Under the pieces are notes generated by a model. The model had not been told where the DNA came from. It saw only the letters and a list, made by a program, of their open reading frames with translations, and did not search any database. Source: Xylographa opegraphella (taxonomy: Eukaryota). Taken from it: a DNA stretch of 64,000 nt. Every line of letters begins with the position of its first letter. The stretch's first letter is position 1. This document shows positions 11,739-23,789 of this stretch, piece by piece. The stretch spans positions 248,001 through 312,000 of the forward strand of contig JALDZX010000021.1 in the NCBI GenBank assembly GCA_022813865.1. Reading direction: 5' to 3'. The position numbers and the translations under genes are program-made.

Positions 11739-13193
11739 TATCAGCGATCAGCACATCCATCTTCCAATTAAAAAAAAACCCTCCACACCCAAGAGCGAAC
11801 GAATTTGACGGAAGACTCCCACCCCCTCGCGCAGCAGCGCGTCTCCACAACTCCCTCCACCCCTAATCGGGCCCTCACATCCAAGCGACGCACCAAATGC
11901 ACATACCACTCGTCAACCTCTCCATCCCCCTCCTTCCCCCAACCACCACCCCTCCACCCTCTCCATACCTAGTCACGCTGCCGTCCAGCGGCCCGCACCG
12001 CCGCTCTCTGTCAGGCTGGTCACTGGTGCCCAGCACCTGCTGCTGCCACGCTCGATGCCGCTCAGGCACTATCTCCACCACCTGCCCCAGCGCCGGCTTG
12101 TTTCCCTTACGCGCGGCCGTGGCGCAGTGCTCCGGGCGCAGGCTCCACGGCAAGACGGGCGGATGGCGCATGAGGGGCGGGACGAGGTACGGGGGAATGG
12201 GAGCGTGAGGCTTGGGGAGAGAGTATGAGATCAGGGGCGGATGAGCGAGCGGCGGAAGGGAACGCGTTGGTTCAGCGAGGCATGCTGCAGGAGTTTTCGT
12301 CGGCGGTAAGCATACGGGGGCCGGAGCCATGGCTGGGATGTTGGAGGAAACTGATGCTTAGTTGGAGGGGTTGATGCTGGGGGGATGAGTAGGTCGGGGG
12401 CTTTGGTGCTGGGGGTTCGAGAGGAGGGATATTACGTGGAAGGGCGGAGAGGGAGCGGTGTGTGCTGGGAAAGGCAGGAGCTACGGACAGAGAGGCGCGG
12501 GACGGCTGGCGCGAGCGGGGGAATTTGTGATTTGGGGCAGTGGAGGCCGCGCTGGACGGAGCTCTGAGGGAGGCTGTGCAGAGAAGGGGTGGCTGGGGGG
12601 TTGCTGGCAAGGGAATGTGCGGTTGTTAGGTGGCTGACATTGGGTTAGCGGGAGCGTACGGTTTGCCATAGCTTTGCGGACCGAAGTGGCAAAGAACAAT
12701 AGTGGTAGGAACAGATTTCTCAGCTGGGAGAGAAGCGGGAGGGATCCAGGAACCAGCTCAAGACACGCAAAGCACATGACAGCCAATACTGAATTCGAGG
12801 TGGCATGTCGACTCAGTTTCAACTTTCCTTCTATACTCCGTGAGCGAAACTGTATAGGCCGAACCGTGTATGGATGTCTCCAAGCAAAAGCGCCAATGCC
12901 AGCGTACGGAAATTCTGTTTGAGCATTATGGTAACCCCCCATGCAAGCAGAACGAGGGAGCAAGTTCCGCACCGCAAGGTACATAAGATCGTGAAATGCA
13001 GGGGTATGAGGTATGTAACGCCTGCTGCTATGCTGCGACTAGTTTCTGCTGCCAACGCCTTGTCCGGACAGAGCGCGGATATAATCCATGTGGGTATCAT
13101 TTACATAATTCGATGCCAGCAGATTTCTCGTTGTTGTAAGTAGTGCACCTGCTCTGTTGCTTTGTTGCGGTGTTCTGGAAAACACGGGCCAAG

Positions 13194-16100
13194 TTAATTG
13201 TCTGCCCCGTCAAGGTCAATCGCATTTTCTCGTTCCTCATTCAGCTCATTCAGCTCATTTAGCTCAGTGCCATCGACGTCGACGATTATGCGCTTGCCGC
13301 GCTTCACTTCCAGGACACCATCAATAGGAGCACCGAAGTCAAGAACCTGGGTCAAATGAATCAGCGACGATCATATAGAGGAGTTCTTCTTATAGACTTA
13401 CCTCGATATAAGTCAAATTGTTGCGTTGCACAGCTGCGACACATCTCCGTTCGTCGAATTTAACCTGCCAGACACCACTCAAGTCGGTCAACAAATCTCG
13501 GACAAATTCGCCAGTCTTCACATCCCACATCTTCAAAGTCCGATCGGACCCGGAGATCACCTTCTGACCATCGTGCTGGAAGCAAGTAATGGCACCAGTA
13601 TGAGCGCTCAAAGTGCTCTTGCAATGTCCATTTTCGGGATCCCATACACGGAGCGTAGAGTCGGCTGCCGCAGATACCAGACGATCACGTTGCAAATCCA
13701 ACAAGCCAACCAAAGACGAATGACCTTCGAGGTTGTATAAGACTGCACCTGAGTCCAGTGACCACACCTTGACTAGATTGTCCATAGAGCCACTGATACA
13801 TCGGTTTCGTTCATGGTCAAGAACAACACTGTAGACTTTCTGAGTATGGCCCTGCAAACGATGTACGGTCTCTCCTGTGGATATCTTCCAGACCCGAACA
13901 GTGTAGTCATAGCTACCACTGACGAGCGTGTCACCATGAGCTGCAATGGCACGCACAGAGTGGTGGTGACCTGTAAGTGCACGAACAAAATAGGGACAGT
14001 CAGACTCGTCTTGAGCTGGCCCAGCTTGCATGAATGGGGGGTCACCATCTTTCGGAAGCTTCCATACTCTGAGGTTCGAATCTCGCGACCCGGTAATGAT
14101 GAGGGGCTCTTTAGGCATAATGGTTTGCCTACCATCGGCCGCCGTATCGATAACAGTAGGCATCAGAATGACTAGACATCTGACAGTCGAGGTGTGACCT
14201 TGGAAGACGTGTGTGCAAACACCTCGGTCGATGTCCCAGACTCGGACAGATCGATCTGTTGATCCGGACACCAATACATTACCTTCATACTGCAAGGCCC
14301 AGACCCCTCCCTCGTGGCCTTCCAATCTTGCGCGCAGGGCACCTGTCTTGGTATCGTAGACATTAATATTCGTATCATCGCTACCTGTCAGAATCTTGTC
14401 CGTGTCGAATTGAAGACATGTCACCACATGTCGTTGGTGTGCCTTGAAGGCGAGATGCCGCGGCTTGATCTCGTCTTGCATCCAGTTTGACCGGATGAGA
14501 TGATGTCGTCGGTAGATAGACTTATATAGATGTAGGTGTCGCAGGGATGGCAAGCCGATGTTACTGCTGGGTACAGCAATTGCGGCGGCGGAAGCGGCGG
14601 CATATGGTCCTTCTGCCAAGGTAATATGTGTCATCAATGAGTCATAATCGAACCGAGCCACAGCTGACATATTTGAGTCTTTCCGCTTCTGCTGTTTACG
14701 ACTGGTTGGCTTGAACCTGGTGGCGGCCTTCCGCTTCGAGCGCTTGACCTGTGCATGCTGCACCTGCTGGTCTGAGGGTGACGAAGCTATAGACGCGGTG
14801 TCCGCTCTCAACGATTGTGTCGACGATGACTCGAGGTTGATTGATGTGTCAGCCTCACTGATATCTTTGTCAAGCTCGTCACCGCGAGACGCGTGTTGCC
14901 AACCCCAGCCTTCCAGTATTGCTCGCTCGAGCTCGCCGGAAGGCATCGAGAAGCCTTCGGAATCGAAAAGCCTCTTCCAGGTCTTCTCATCCGAGTCAAT
15001 GACATGACGCCATTTCCGAGATACCTGGGTTGCGCGGCATAGACTTCGAACATCGAGGTTTCCGATGATGTTCTGACATAGCTCAAGCGGAAGGAGGTTG
15101 AGGAAATCGCATTTGAGCGCCGGGTTGACAGTCTCGGCCACGAAATGAAGTACAGGCTTCGGACATCGACGTAAGAGCTGATACATGACATAAGTCTTCA
15201 TTTCTGCCGGCATCGCTTCGAATGAGTTCAGAAGATTAGGTATTTCCATCATAGTAAACGAGGGAGATGAATGGCGCCCTGAAACTGCGTGTATATCCTG
15301 CTCTCGTAACTCATGGTTCTCCGCGTCCCAGCAGTTTGACATCAAAGTATCCGGATCAGCCATCTCTTCTTCATCGGTGCCTTCATGCGGAGGCGAACTT
15401 AGTGCCAGAGGTCTAACAGTTCTTTGTGCAATAATATCTTCAAAATAGCCTCTGCGGGTCTGTAAGTTCGCTGCAGCCGTCACTGGTGATAAACTAGGAC
15501 TCGGAAGACTGATATCTTGAGCCGCTGTTGTGTCAAGTACAGAAGGGCGTGGTCGAGCGAATGCCCCATGTAATCCAAGTCCTGAAGTTTCATTTCCCCC
15601 TCCACTTGCTGAGCTATGAAGCCGTTGCTCGATGTCAAGAGGGCCGTCGGGGCTTCCCAAATTAGGTAGGTTTGGAGTATTGTCTATAGAATCTCCATCA
15701 TCTGTGGCGAAAGATAGTGTTCTACTTTCTTCTGAGCAGGCGTCGAACATCTGAAGCTGTTCCTCATGGCCTTCTGTGAGTGATCCGTCCACGGGCGCAT
15801 CTGGGGTGCTTTGACACAGACTTTTGCTACATCGCTGTTCCTTCTTTTCCACATCTCGACCGAGGGCGTTGTCGAGTGAAGGAGTCAACGGAGTTGATGT
15901 CTGGCATATTTGTAACCTCGATAAGCCACCGTTCTGTCTTCTGAAGTCCGAGTTGTTCAAAGCTGGGGCTGTTCCTACTGATGCCCACCGTCGCTTCCCA
16001 TCTGATGCCGTACGTACAAGCTCTACAGCCTCCATGATCGACACAGGAGATTCAGCTCGCCTACTAGAGTTGCTAGATTTATTCTGTCGCCGACGACGAC

Positions 16101-16702
16101 CACTCGCAAGTGGCGTGTGCGTGGACAGGAAGTGTGTCCTTGGTGTATCTTGGTTTGCTTCGGAACTTGTAGTCGAACGCAGGACACCGTGAGAATCTTG
16201 TAATGCTTCTTGTTCAATCTGGAGCTAATATGTGTTCGTTAGAGACCTTTTCGAAGATCAAATTTGTAGGGCAAGTTCATAAACTCACTTTCTGCAATGT
16301 GCTTTCTGCATCGTCAGCTTCACAAAAAAGTGTAGGCTTTCCCTCTAGGTCGAACTTTAACTTTTTTAATGTAGATGGCGTGGGCGAAGCGGCTAGCGGA
16401 TAGAGCTTTGGGTCCAGTAGATAAAGATGATTAGGTGCTTTCATCATCAAAGGCGGAAAGCTCGTAGTAGTCGTAGTAGTTGTTGTAACAATGGTAGTTC
16501 GTGTAGCCGGTGCAAAAGAAAATTGGCCGAGGACTCTACCAGAGCCTGCAATACTATTATTGCTGCCATCTTTGTGAATGGTAGAGTCTTCTGGGCGATG
16601 TACTCCGTTGTGCATCAGTGTTCGACTTTCAACCTTCGAAAACGCCTTCGACTTGCAAGGCGTATGAGGAGTAGTTATGACGCGTGGCGTTTCTTTCGAC
16701 AT
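13194..16702 (-). CDS. CDC4: SCF E3 ligase F-box/WD40 protein Cdc4 (3 exons: ~16702-16289, 16218-13402, 13347-13194)
   Basis: D-domain (MKTYVMYQLLRRC), F-box (DFLNLLPLEL...QVSRKWR) and eight WD40 repeats (GHEGGVWAL, GHTSTVRCL, GSYDYTVRVW, etc.); last exon VLDFGA...DGADN*. The start codon may lie further upstream. Confidence 0.95.
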
Positions 16703-18263
16703 CGCTGTGAGAGGCTTCGGCGGGGTTTCTGGCGAGAAGGGTACTCTGCTATGAGCACCTTATTGAACACGAAGGTAACACGGGTCGGAGCGCGTTTTAT
16801 GTGGTCCCTCGACGGGAAATTGACAATAACGCCGATTGTAATCAGTCATAACAGTCGATCAGTCCACACATGTAGCTGCTCCGTAGCAGACTTGGGAGCG
16901 AAAGGCCAGAGTAATTTTGTCGGCTGTTCTGGCGGATCCAGAGGTTGGAGGCGCTTGACTCGCTGCAAACAGAACGTAACTTATGCAGCATGCAGCCGAG
17001 CCATGATCATACACAGTGTGGCCACGATCCGCAATACTGGAAGCTTTGAAAGTTCTCGAAAGACTAGCCGTCCTTTCAGTTCATATAAGAATCGTGGTCG
17101 TTGGTGGAGGGGAAACTCGGGGATTGCAAGGCGAGACTAGCTCGCTTCTCAGCCCTTTTTTCGTCAGCGCGCCAGGGCACTTCCTCCATTATCCGCACAG
17201 AAGACTGGGAAACACCAAGTGATGTCTTTGTGGGACGTGAACTATGGGCGAGAATATGCTGGCGGCTTTATATTGTCGCTCTATATTCCTAGCAGCGGCA
17301 CATCTCTCAGAACGTTACTATGCTTCTTCGATTGACTATCGAATATTCTGTCCAATGAGCGCCACCAAGCCTGAGCATCAGCTCGAAAGTGATGATTACT
17401 GGGAATCAACGAGCTGGACATTACGAAAGAGACAGTTCGCATGAAGCCAGCGTAGTGAACTATAACCGAATTACTTATGCGAATCATATCTTTATATAAC
17501 TATACGAAATAACAATTTTCATCCGGTAGCGGCCCACCCCTGAGCGCTCTCCATAACTTGCGATCATTTTGATATCTCTCTGGATCATCCTTTTGCTCGG
17601 TGATGTTCCCTCTCCCCGAATAGTATATTCAAGCACTATTGACGTGGAGACTATTGCTTTGATGCAGTTACTGGACTCAACCTTGATACGACGCTAACAA
17701 GCGATGAATGGTTGGGATTCTATAACCTTGTTGTTTTTAATGTCAAAAGATCTGCTATCTGCTTCATATCAGTAGGACAAGTTAACTCTGGCCCCAGTGA
17801 AAGACAATATCATAATGTTAGGCCCTTGTAGTAGACAGGAGTCCTTCTGAATGGATCTTGTAAAACCTTCGGGTTTTCCCAGAGTCGTACAAGGCATTAG
17901 CAACTGTATGAATTCCAGTGGTAAGATTGGATGGAAATGTCTGTTTCGGATGGCTCCCTTAGTCTAGACTGGGAGTACCATCACGGCAACACAACTTTTG
18001 GGACTCTTTATGATTGACGCTTACTGAAGCAAACCTGCCGACAGGCCCTTGTATTGATTTCATGTACCAAAAGTACCTAAAGACAGTTTAGATGACAGCT
18101 GACGCGTTCAAAAGATTCCTCCTACTCACAATTGAGCTCGGGAAGCATTCAATGAAGAACAGGTCTGGCGCCAAGATTCTTAAGCGAGCTTCTACAATGG
18201 TAAGGTCGTTATTGAGTTACTTCGTGCATCTTTCATCTCACCTCGTCCCGTCGTTGTTCATCC

Positions 18264-19939
18264 ATGATGGCCAAGGGTGGACGCTCCAATGGCAAAGGCA
18301 AGGGCAAAGGAAAGGAAAAAGCATCAATATGTCAACCTAATGTCGTCGGCCGAACATCTCCACAGGTTGGCTCCACACATACTGTAGAGCAAACTGTCGA
18401 TCCGACGGATCGTATGCAGCCAATCCTTGACTCAACTGGCGGAAAGTTAGCCGTCTTCCTGAAATCTGTAGAACAAGAAACTGCTCTTGCTACAAAGGAC
18501 CCCATACTTAATAAACAACAGAGCTTCGAGGCCATTCAGACGATGTTGCATGTTTCGGTAGGTTGTTCAAACTGGTGCATATTTCGGGCAACACTGACCT
18601 AGCCATCTGCAAAAGCTGACGTATATCTGCTACCTAAGGTCAGCTGGATCGTCCACATGAGATATTGTAAGCCTTACTGGTTTTAGGGACTTGCTACCAC
18701 CTGCCGCTTTCAACGTCCGTAATTTGGCCTGTATACCAAACAATATCCACTGGGCATACCATGATTTGGTCAACGGAATGCTGCCACAGATGACCATTGG
18801 TCAAAACGAGGGGTTTCAAAAACCGTTCAGGATGTTTGTGTTAGCTCAAGAAAGACACTCGGGTGCCAAAAAACTTCAGTCCTGGCTTGTAAGCTCAGAG
18901 CGCTATACTATGACTTATCGATTGGAAGTGCTGATTATATCGAAGGACGGAATTTTCGATGCTTTATCGAAGAACGTTCTTGCGAGTCTGCAATTCAGTA
19001 TTATTTTAGACAAAGAGAAGCCGTCGGAAATTATCGAATCGTATACCTTCACAATGAAATACACAAGATATCCTGATACCGCTTTACGACAACTGGTTGG
19101 TCTAACAGTCTCACCCTCGGGTGGCGAGCCCATAACCCTCGTGAATGTTCGATCGGGCTTGGAGACGATTTGGAAGCACCTCTCTCATACTGTAGAAAGA
19201 CTTCCAGAACTGCCATGTAAAGTACACAGGTCCCACGACGGGTACTCATCGTCTGATTTTCCGCAGCCCAACGATATCTCACAATACACCTCTTCTACAC
19301 AGACGACTGTGATCCAGCCTATCATCCACCACTGTTCAAGCCGAGTAATGATCTTGAGGTTTTGGTGCCACATAGCGGTCAGTGGCAAATGCTCGATGTG
19401 GACATTGGACAATTGAATACCGGACACCATCGGTAAGCGCTCTTCGTGGTGACTAGTTAGAAGCATTCGTGCTAACACCGTTGCTTGCAGAATTGCTTTA
19501 AGAATCGGCCACTTAGTAGCGGTTGACTCGAGCGAAACCGGTATCGAGGAAGACATAGTTATCCCCCAGATACTACACTACACTAGGAGTATAGCGAGGA
19601 TCATGAATTCCGGTACGATCGGGGTGCTTGACAAAGCAGAGCCATCCGGCAGTCAATCCAATGACAATATGATGCAGCGAAGGTTTAATAGTATGGTATG
19701 TTCAGCAACTTCTTTGGCCAGGAACCGGTCTAAAACATTCTTGCTTCTAGAAGAGAATGTCATCGCCTCAAGTAGGACTAGGCCCGACGCAAACAATAGC
19801 AGACATGGCTCCAACTCCGCAAAGAAAAAGAGGACGAGCAGATAATCCACCAGGAGCATGTAAGAAGACGAAGGTCGACAACAGGTCCCCAGTGCCGGTA
19901 AGTCGCGATCATTTCGAAGGAGAATCTAGCAGTATCTAG
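18264..19939 (+). CDS. HOP1: Meiotic HORMA-domain protein (Hop1-like), at least 7 exons; 3' end uncertain (19939-~20000)
   Basis: Spliced reading gives QQSFEAIQTMLHVS/LTYICYLR/DLLPPAAF...KKLQSWL/DGIFDALSKNVLASLQF...IIESYTFTMKY...LPELP/SQRYLTIHLFYTDDCDPAYHPPLF...GQLNTGHH, all HORMA motifs of the Hop1 type; GT-AG introns at ~18559, 18639, 18889, 19217, 19433 and 19697. Confidence 0.8.
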
Positions 19940-21211
19940 TCCCTTGGTTCAAACAGGAATACTGGTTCCGTGACAGCTTTGCGCTGTGGCGGAAATTGAG
20001 AGCTTGGTGGAGCGTGACATACAGTGCTTCCAGCCACGGATGGCGTTCCGGGCATACGCGCTGCTTTTACATGCGCGCAATTTAACTTATACTGCATTTG
20101 TTGTTTGCTTAACCTTAGCTTGACTTGAGAAAATGTCATATTCAAACAATAACAACGCGTTGCTTGAAGTAACGCTGCGCTCATGATTATTGGCTGCCAT
20201 CATTCATCCCTGAATATGACCTCAATCTCGACCTTCTCTATCACACCGAAAGATAAGATCATTGAGCCACATCGCTCATACTCTGGGTAGCGCGCCGTTC
20301 CTTCCATGTAAGGCCAAGACAAGAATGACCTCAGAACGGCTCCAGGATGGCTGCGGGTGGAAGGAACTGTCCGGGGTATCCGTTTCGGGAAAAGTTGTCG
20401 AAGGCAGCAACACACCTACTGTCTTTCTCCCCCTATCCTGTTAGCTACCATAGGAGCGGACTACGCATGGCGACAGTTATGACCACAACGACGATTCAGT
20501 AGTCGCTTGAAGCAGATGCAGAGTCGACCAGTTCGATTATTGTCTCATCGCCATCGTGCCGTGAGGAGACGATGGCGTATTTGCAGTCGCATTTTCTAGT
20601 CGCACTAAACCGGAACGACGACGTCGTGCCGCGAAGCGACAGCACACTGAGCCCAGTTGTCCGCTGGAGTGTCGCTTCTTCACTTTGCGCCCGCCAGTTA
20701 TGCAATCCGGAGCCTAGAGTGTAAATGTGGGTGCGCTAACTGTTGGCAATTCCGAAGTTGACTGGTTCAAAATCGGCCGTCGCTTGGGTGGTGCTCGAGC
20801 TATGCCCAGGACCGGTAAGTCAGGGGATTTTGTGGCAGAAACCTAGGTATTTCTGCCATCACCAGATTGGTCTGTGCATTCCGCTCACGAACAGTGCGTT
20901 GCAACCTCGCGAGCGGAGCATTGCCGGATGTCCGCCTTTCCGCCTTTCCACCTCCCCATGGCCGCTTCGTTGCTGTCGAATCTGCACATGTCTCCAGATG
21001 TGGCAGGGCTTTCGTTGAGGTGCTTGATTCACGATTCACCGCCGTCCCGATGACCTCGTCCTGATTTCGTGGTTGCCAATGCAACGTGGGGGCCATTATA
21101 CATCTTAACCGTTCCGATAAGCTGGGTGAAACACCCACGACAAAACACTGGACTGGCCTTCTGCGATACATCTGTACTTGATCTTTGGTCACAAAGACCA
21201 CCTCCAGATAA

Positions 21212-23488
21212 ATGACGAAGAAACCGAAATTCTCTTTCCTGTCCACGCACCAGGGTCCTAACTCCGAGAAGAATGAACGCTCTACCACAAATCAACGGGC
21301 GCCTTTGTCAGGTCCTTCCAGCCCAGCACTCGGTTCAATGTCGAAGGCTGAGGAACTGCTTGGGCCTTCGGAAACCGGAGGTGGTGTACAACAGCCCGAG
21401 GGACTCGCCAGGTGCCACACGGGACGGAGGTTACGAAAGAAGTGCAGCGCTCTCAGTATCACGATTGCGGACTGTAGGTTCAATACTTCAAGAGCATACA
21501 AGAAAGCGGGCGATGCCGAGCGAATCAAGGCCTACACGTCGGTGCACGGTCACGCAGACAATATCAGCGTGACTTCCTCTACCGATCGCTCGATTCGGAA
21601 GAAACATTCTACCTCTACAATAGACTCCCACTACGACCCCGCCGTTGCTCCACTAGCTGTATCACAACAGACATCCGCTTCATCAGCTCGGGATATGGCT
21701 CTTCGAAAAGGCTGTCCCCCGGTACTCAGTCCTCTCCGCTACACAACATTCCATGATTCGGCCGAGAAACAACGACCAACGAAGCCTGTTCCCAAGAAAA
21801 ACCCGGAAATAGCTCAAAGAAAGATCACGCATGTGGATCTCACAGCGTTCTTCCCTCAATTTAAGCCTTCGGAACGTGCATTGGGTTCAAATCTCAAGAT
21901 TGAGACTGCTGCATCAGTGATGGTTATAGACTCAGAAAACAGCTCATCAAGGCCTCCGGGTCTCCGGAGCTGGACGGGTCGGAGGATCATCAAAGTCGCC
22001 AACCCACGAGAGACAATACCCAAAGGTCGAAAAGTGGATGTTCAAGCAGATGAAGACGAACGAAGCGGAGCTCTGCCGCAAGCGTCACAGCTGTTACAGC
22101 CTACCAAAGAGGTGGAAAACTGGCTGGATGATGCTGAGCTGGAGGACAAGTTCGACACGATGGGAGAACAGACCACACTCCAAATGTTTGTTAAAGGAGA
22201 TCGGAGTTCGTTGAATAGTTCTCACGGATCGGTTGACCAATCATCTTCGTCGGTACGAACCATGACATCGCAAGTAAGCCCTACAAGAAATCAGCCCCGT
22301 TCAACCCCTTTCGACAAAGCAAAACCATTTCCAGTCAAGACGAATACTGTTACGCTTCCTAGTCAGGAAACTCAACAGCCCATTGCTGCGCATGTCAACA
22401 AGATAAAGCATAGTGATTTGCAGCTGGAAAGCGTGCTGGCTCTCTCGTCATCGGATGATGACAGTGAGGCTGAAGTACGGTCGACAACAAAGATGCGACG
22501 AAATCCACGGCAAAATCGATTGGCGAAAGACCCAACTCCACTGTCTCGACCAGCAGATCCAAACCCTAGCACAACCCAGCCACCGGCGCCTGAAGGCAAT
22601 TCGGAGAAACGTGCCTCGACCCCTCCGCCGCGGATTCCTCATGCTACGGCTCTCGAGCAATCCCCCACCCTCCCGCGAAGATACGGAGTTCTCATAGACC
22701 ATTACTCGACCCCAGCATACTGGCCGCCCGACATGATCCGCGACCCGCACCCCCTCCACCCCTCCTCGCACCCCTCCCCACTCCGGAAAAAGACCCCCAC
22801 CGCCACCACCACCCACACCGACCCCGCTCCCAACCCTCCCACCACACCAACACCCCCTTTCGACCCGTCAAACGAAAGCCCCCGCTTCCGCCTCAGCCGC
22901 ATGATGGCCGTCAGCCCAGAAGAAGAAAAGCTGCTCTCGCTCATGCGCCACAAGCGGGCCTCCATGCGCAAAGACCCCGTCCCCCTCACCACCACCCCGC
23001 GCCCCAAAACTGCCGACACCGACCGCCCGCCCTCCTCCTTCTTCGAGCCGGACATGACCCTCTTCCCCAAACCCCCCGGCCTCGCGCCCCGCCGTCCCCT
23101 CCCGCTGCGCCACCTCTCCAGCGAGGACCTGCGGCTCGGCTACCGCTCCGACTCCTCCGTCGCCAGTAGCGTCGTCCCTTCGCCGGCCCTGAGCGCCGGG
23201 GAGGCGCCGCTGACGCCGGCGAGCGCCGCGGGGCACGGGCACGGTGGCGTCGGTGATGCGGATGGGGATGGGGGTGCGATGCCGGGCTTCGAAGACGGCG
23301 AGGAGGAGCGCTACGATGAGTTTGGGTCGGAGGGCCAGGTGAGGCCGGTGGGAGGGAGGGGTCATGCCAGGAAGCGCACGATGAGTACGCTGGGTAGTGT
23401 GTTGTGTCTGGATGGCGTCGAGGAGAGGGCGAGGCTGCGGGAGGAGGAGGAGGATTTGGCGATGTGGGGGGTTGGGAGGTGTATTTGA
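21212..23488 (+). CDS. Uncharacterised low-complexity protein (758 aa) with short conserved-looking motifs
   Basis: Long intronless ORF; motifs DSHYDP..PLAVSQQTSASSARDMALRKG, LQLESVLALSSSDDD and RMMAVSPEEEKLLSLMRHKRASM resemble a Pezizomycotina hypothetical family. Confidence 0.75.
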   Translation: MTKKPKFSFLSTHQGPNSEKNERSTTNQRAPLSGPSSPALGSMSKAEELLGPSETGGGVQQPEGLARCHTGRRLRKKCSALSITIADCRFNTSRAYKKAGDAERIKAYTSVHGHADNISVTSSTDRSIRKKHSTSTIDSHYDPAVAPLAVSQQTSASSARDMALRKGCPPVLSPLRYTTFHDSAEKQRPTKPVPKKNPEIAQRKITHVDLTAFFPQFKPSERALGSNLKIETAASVMVIDSENSSSRPPGLRSWTGRRIIKVANPRETIPKGRKVDVQADEDERSGALPQASQLLQPTKEVENWLDDAELEDKFDTMGEQTTLQMFVKGDRSSLNSSHGSVDQSSSSVRTMTSQVSPTRNQPRSTPFDKAKPFPVKTNTVTLPSQETQQPIAAHVNKIKHSDLQLESVLALSSSDDDSEAEVRSTTKMRRNPRQNRLAKDPTPLSRPADPNPSTTQPPAPEGNSEKRASTPPPRIPHATALEQSPTLPRRYGVLIDHYSTPAYWPPDMIRDPHPLHPSSHPSPLRKKTPTATTTHTDPAPNPPTTPTPPFDPSNESPRFRLSRMMAVSPEEEKLLSLMRHKRASMRKDPVPLTTTPRPKTADTDRPPSSFFEPDMTLFPKPPGLAPRRPLPLRHLSSEDLRLGYRSDSSVASSVVPSPALSAGEAPLTPASAAGHGHGGVGDADGDGGAMPGFEDGEEERYDEFGSEGQVRPVGGRGHARKRTMSTLGSVLCLDGVEERARLREEEEDLAMWGVGRCI

Positions 23489-23789
23489 GGGTCTGGGGGA
23501 GGGTGGGAGAGTGGAGAGGAGAGTGGGGCCTTGTGGTGGCTCTTACGAGGAGGAAGGGGATACCCTGATTTTTGGCTCGTGCTTCTTTTCTTGGTTTGCG
23601 TTACAGGGTGAGCGAGAGGTGAAGCGCACGCGCGTAGATTAAGATTTTTTTTAATTATATTTTTGTCCGTCTTGTTTATTACGGATGATCGTGATTCCTA
23701 TCTGGGAAAGCAAAGCCAGGACGTGTCACTCCAGACGATCTCACATACACTTCACCCACCCTCGTGCCGAACCCCTCCCAACCCACCCC

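Noticed and set aside
13234..13268. 9-bp tandem repeat (CAGCTCATT x3)
   Set aside because: In-frame ELNELNELNE micro-duplication in the Cdc4 tail; not a separate element or a CRISPR array.
17862..17877. AAAACC-TTCG-GGTTTT hairpin resembling a bacterial terminator
   Set aside because: Six-bp stem in eukaryotic intergenic DNA; chance occurrence is likely.
18264..19939. HORMA gene as part of a CBASS-like defence system
   Set aside because: Intron-rich eukaryotic Hop1-type gene with no CD-NTase or Trip13 partner nearby.
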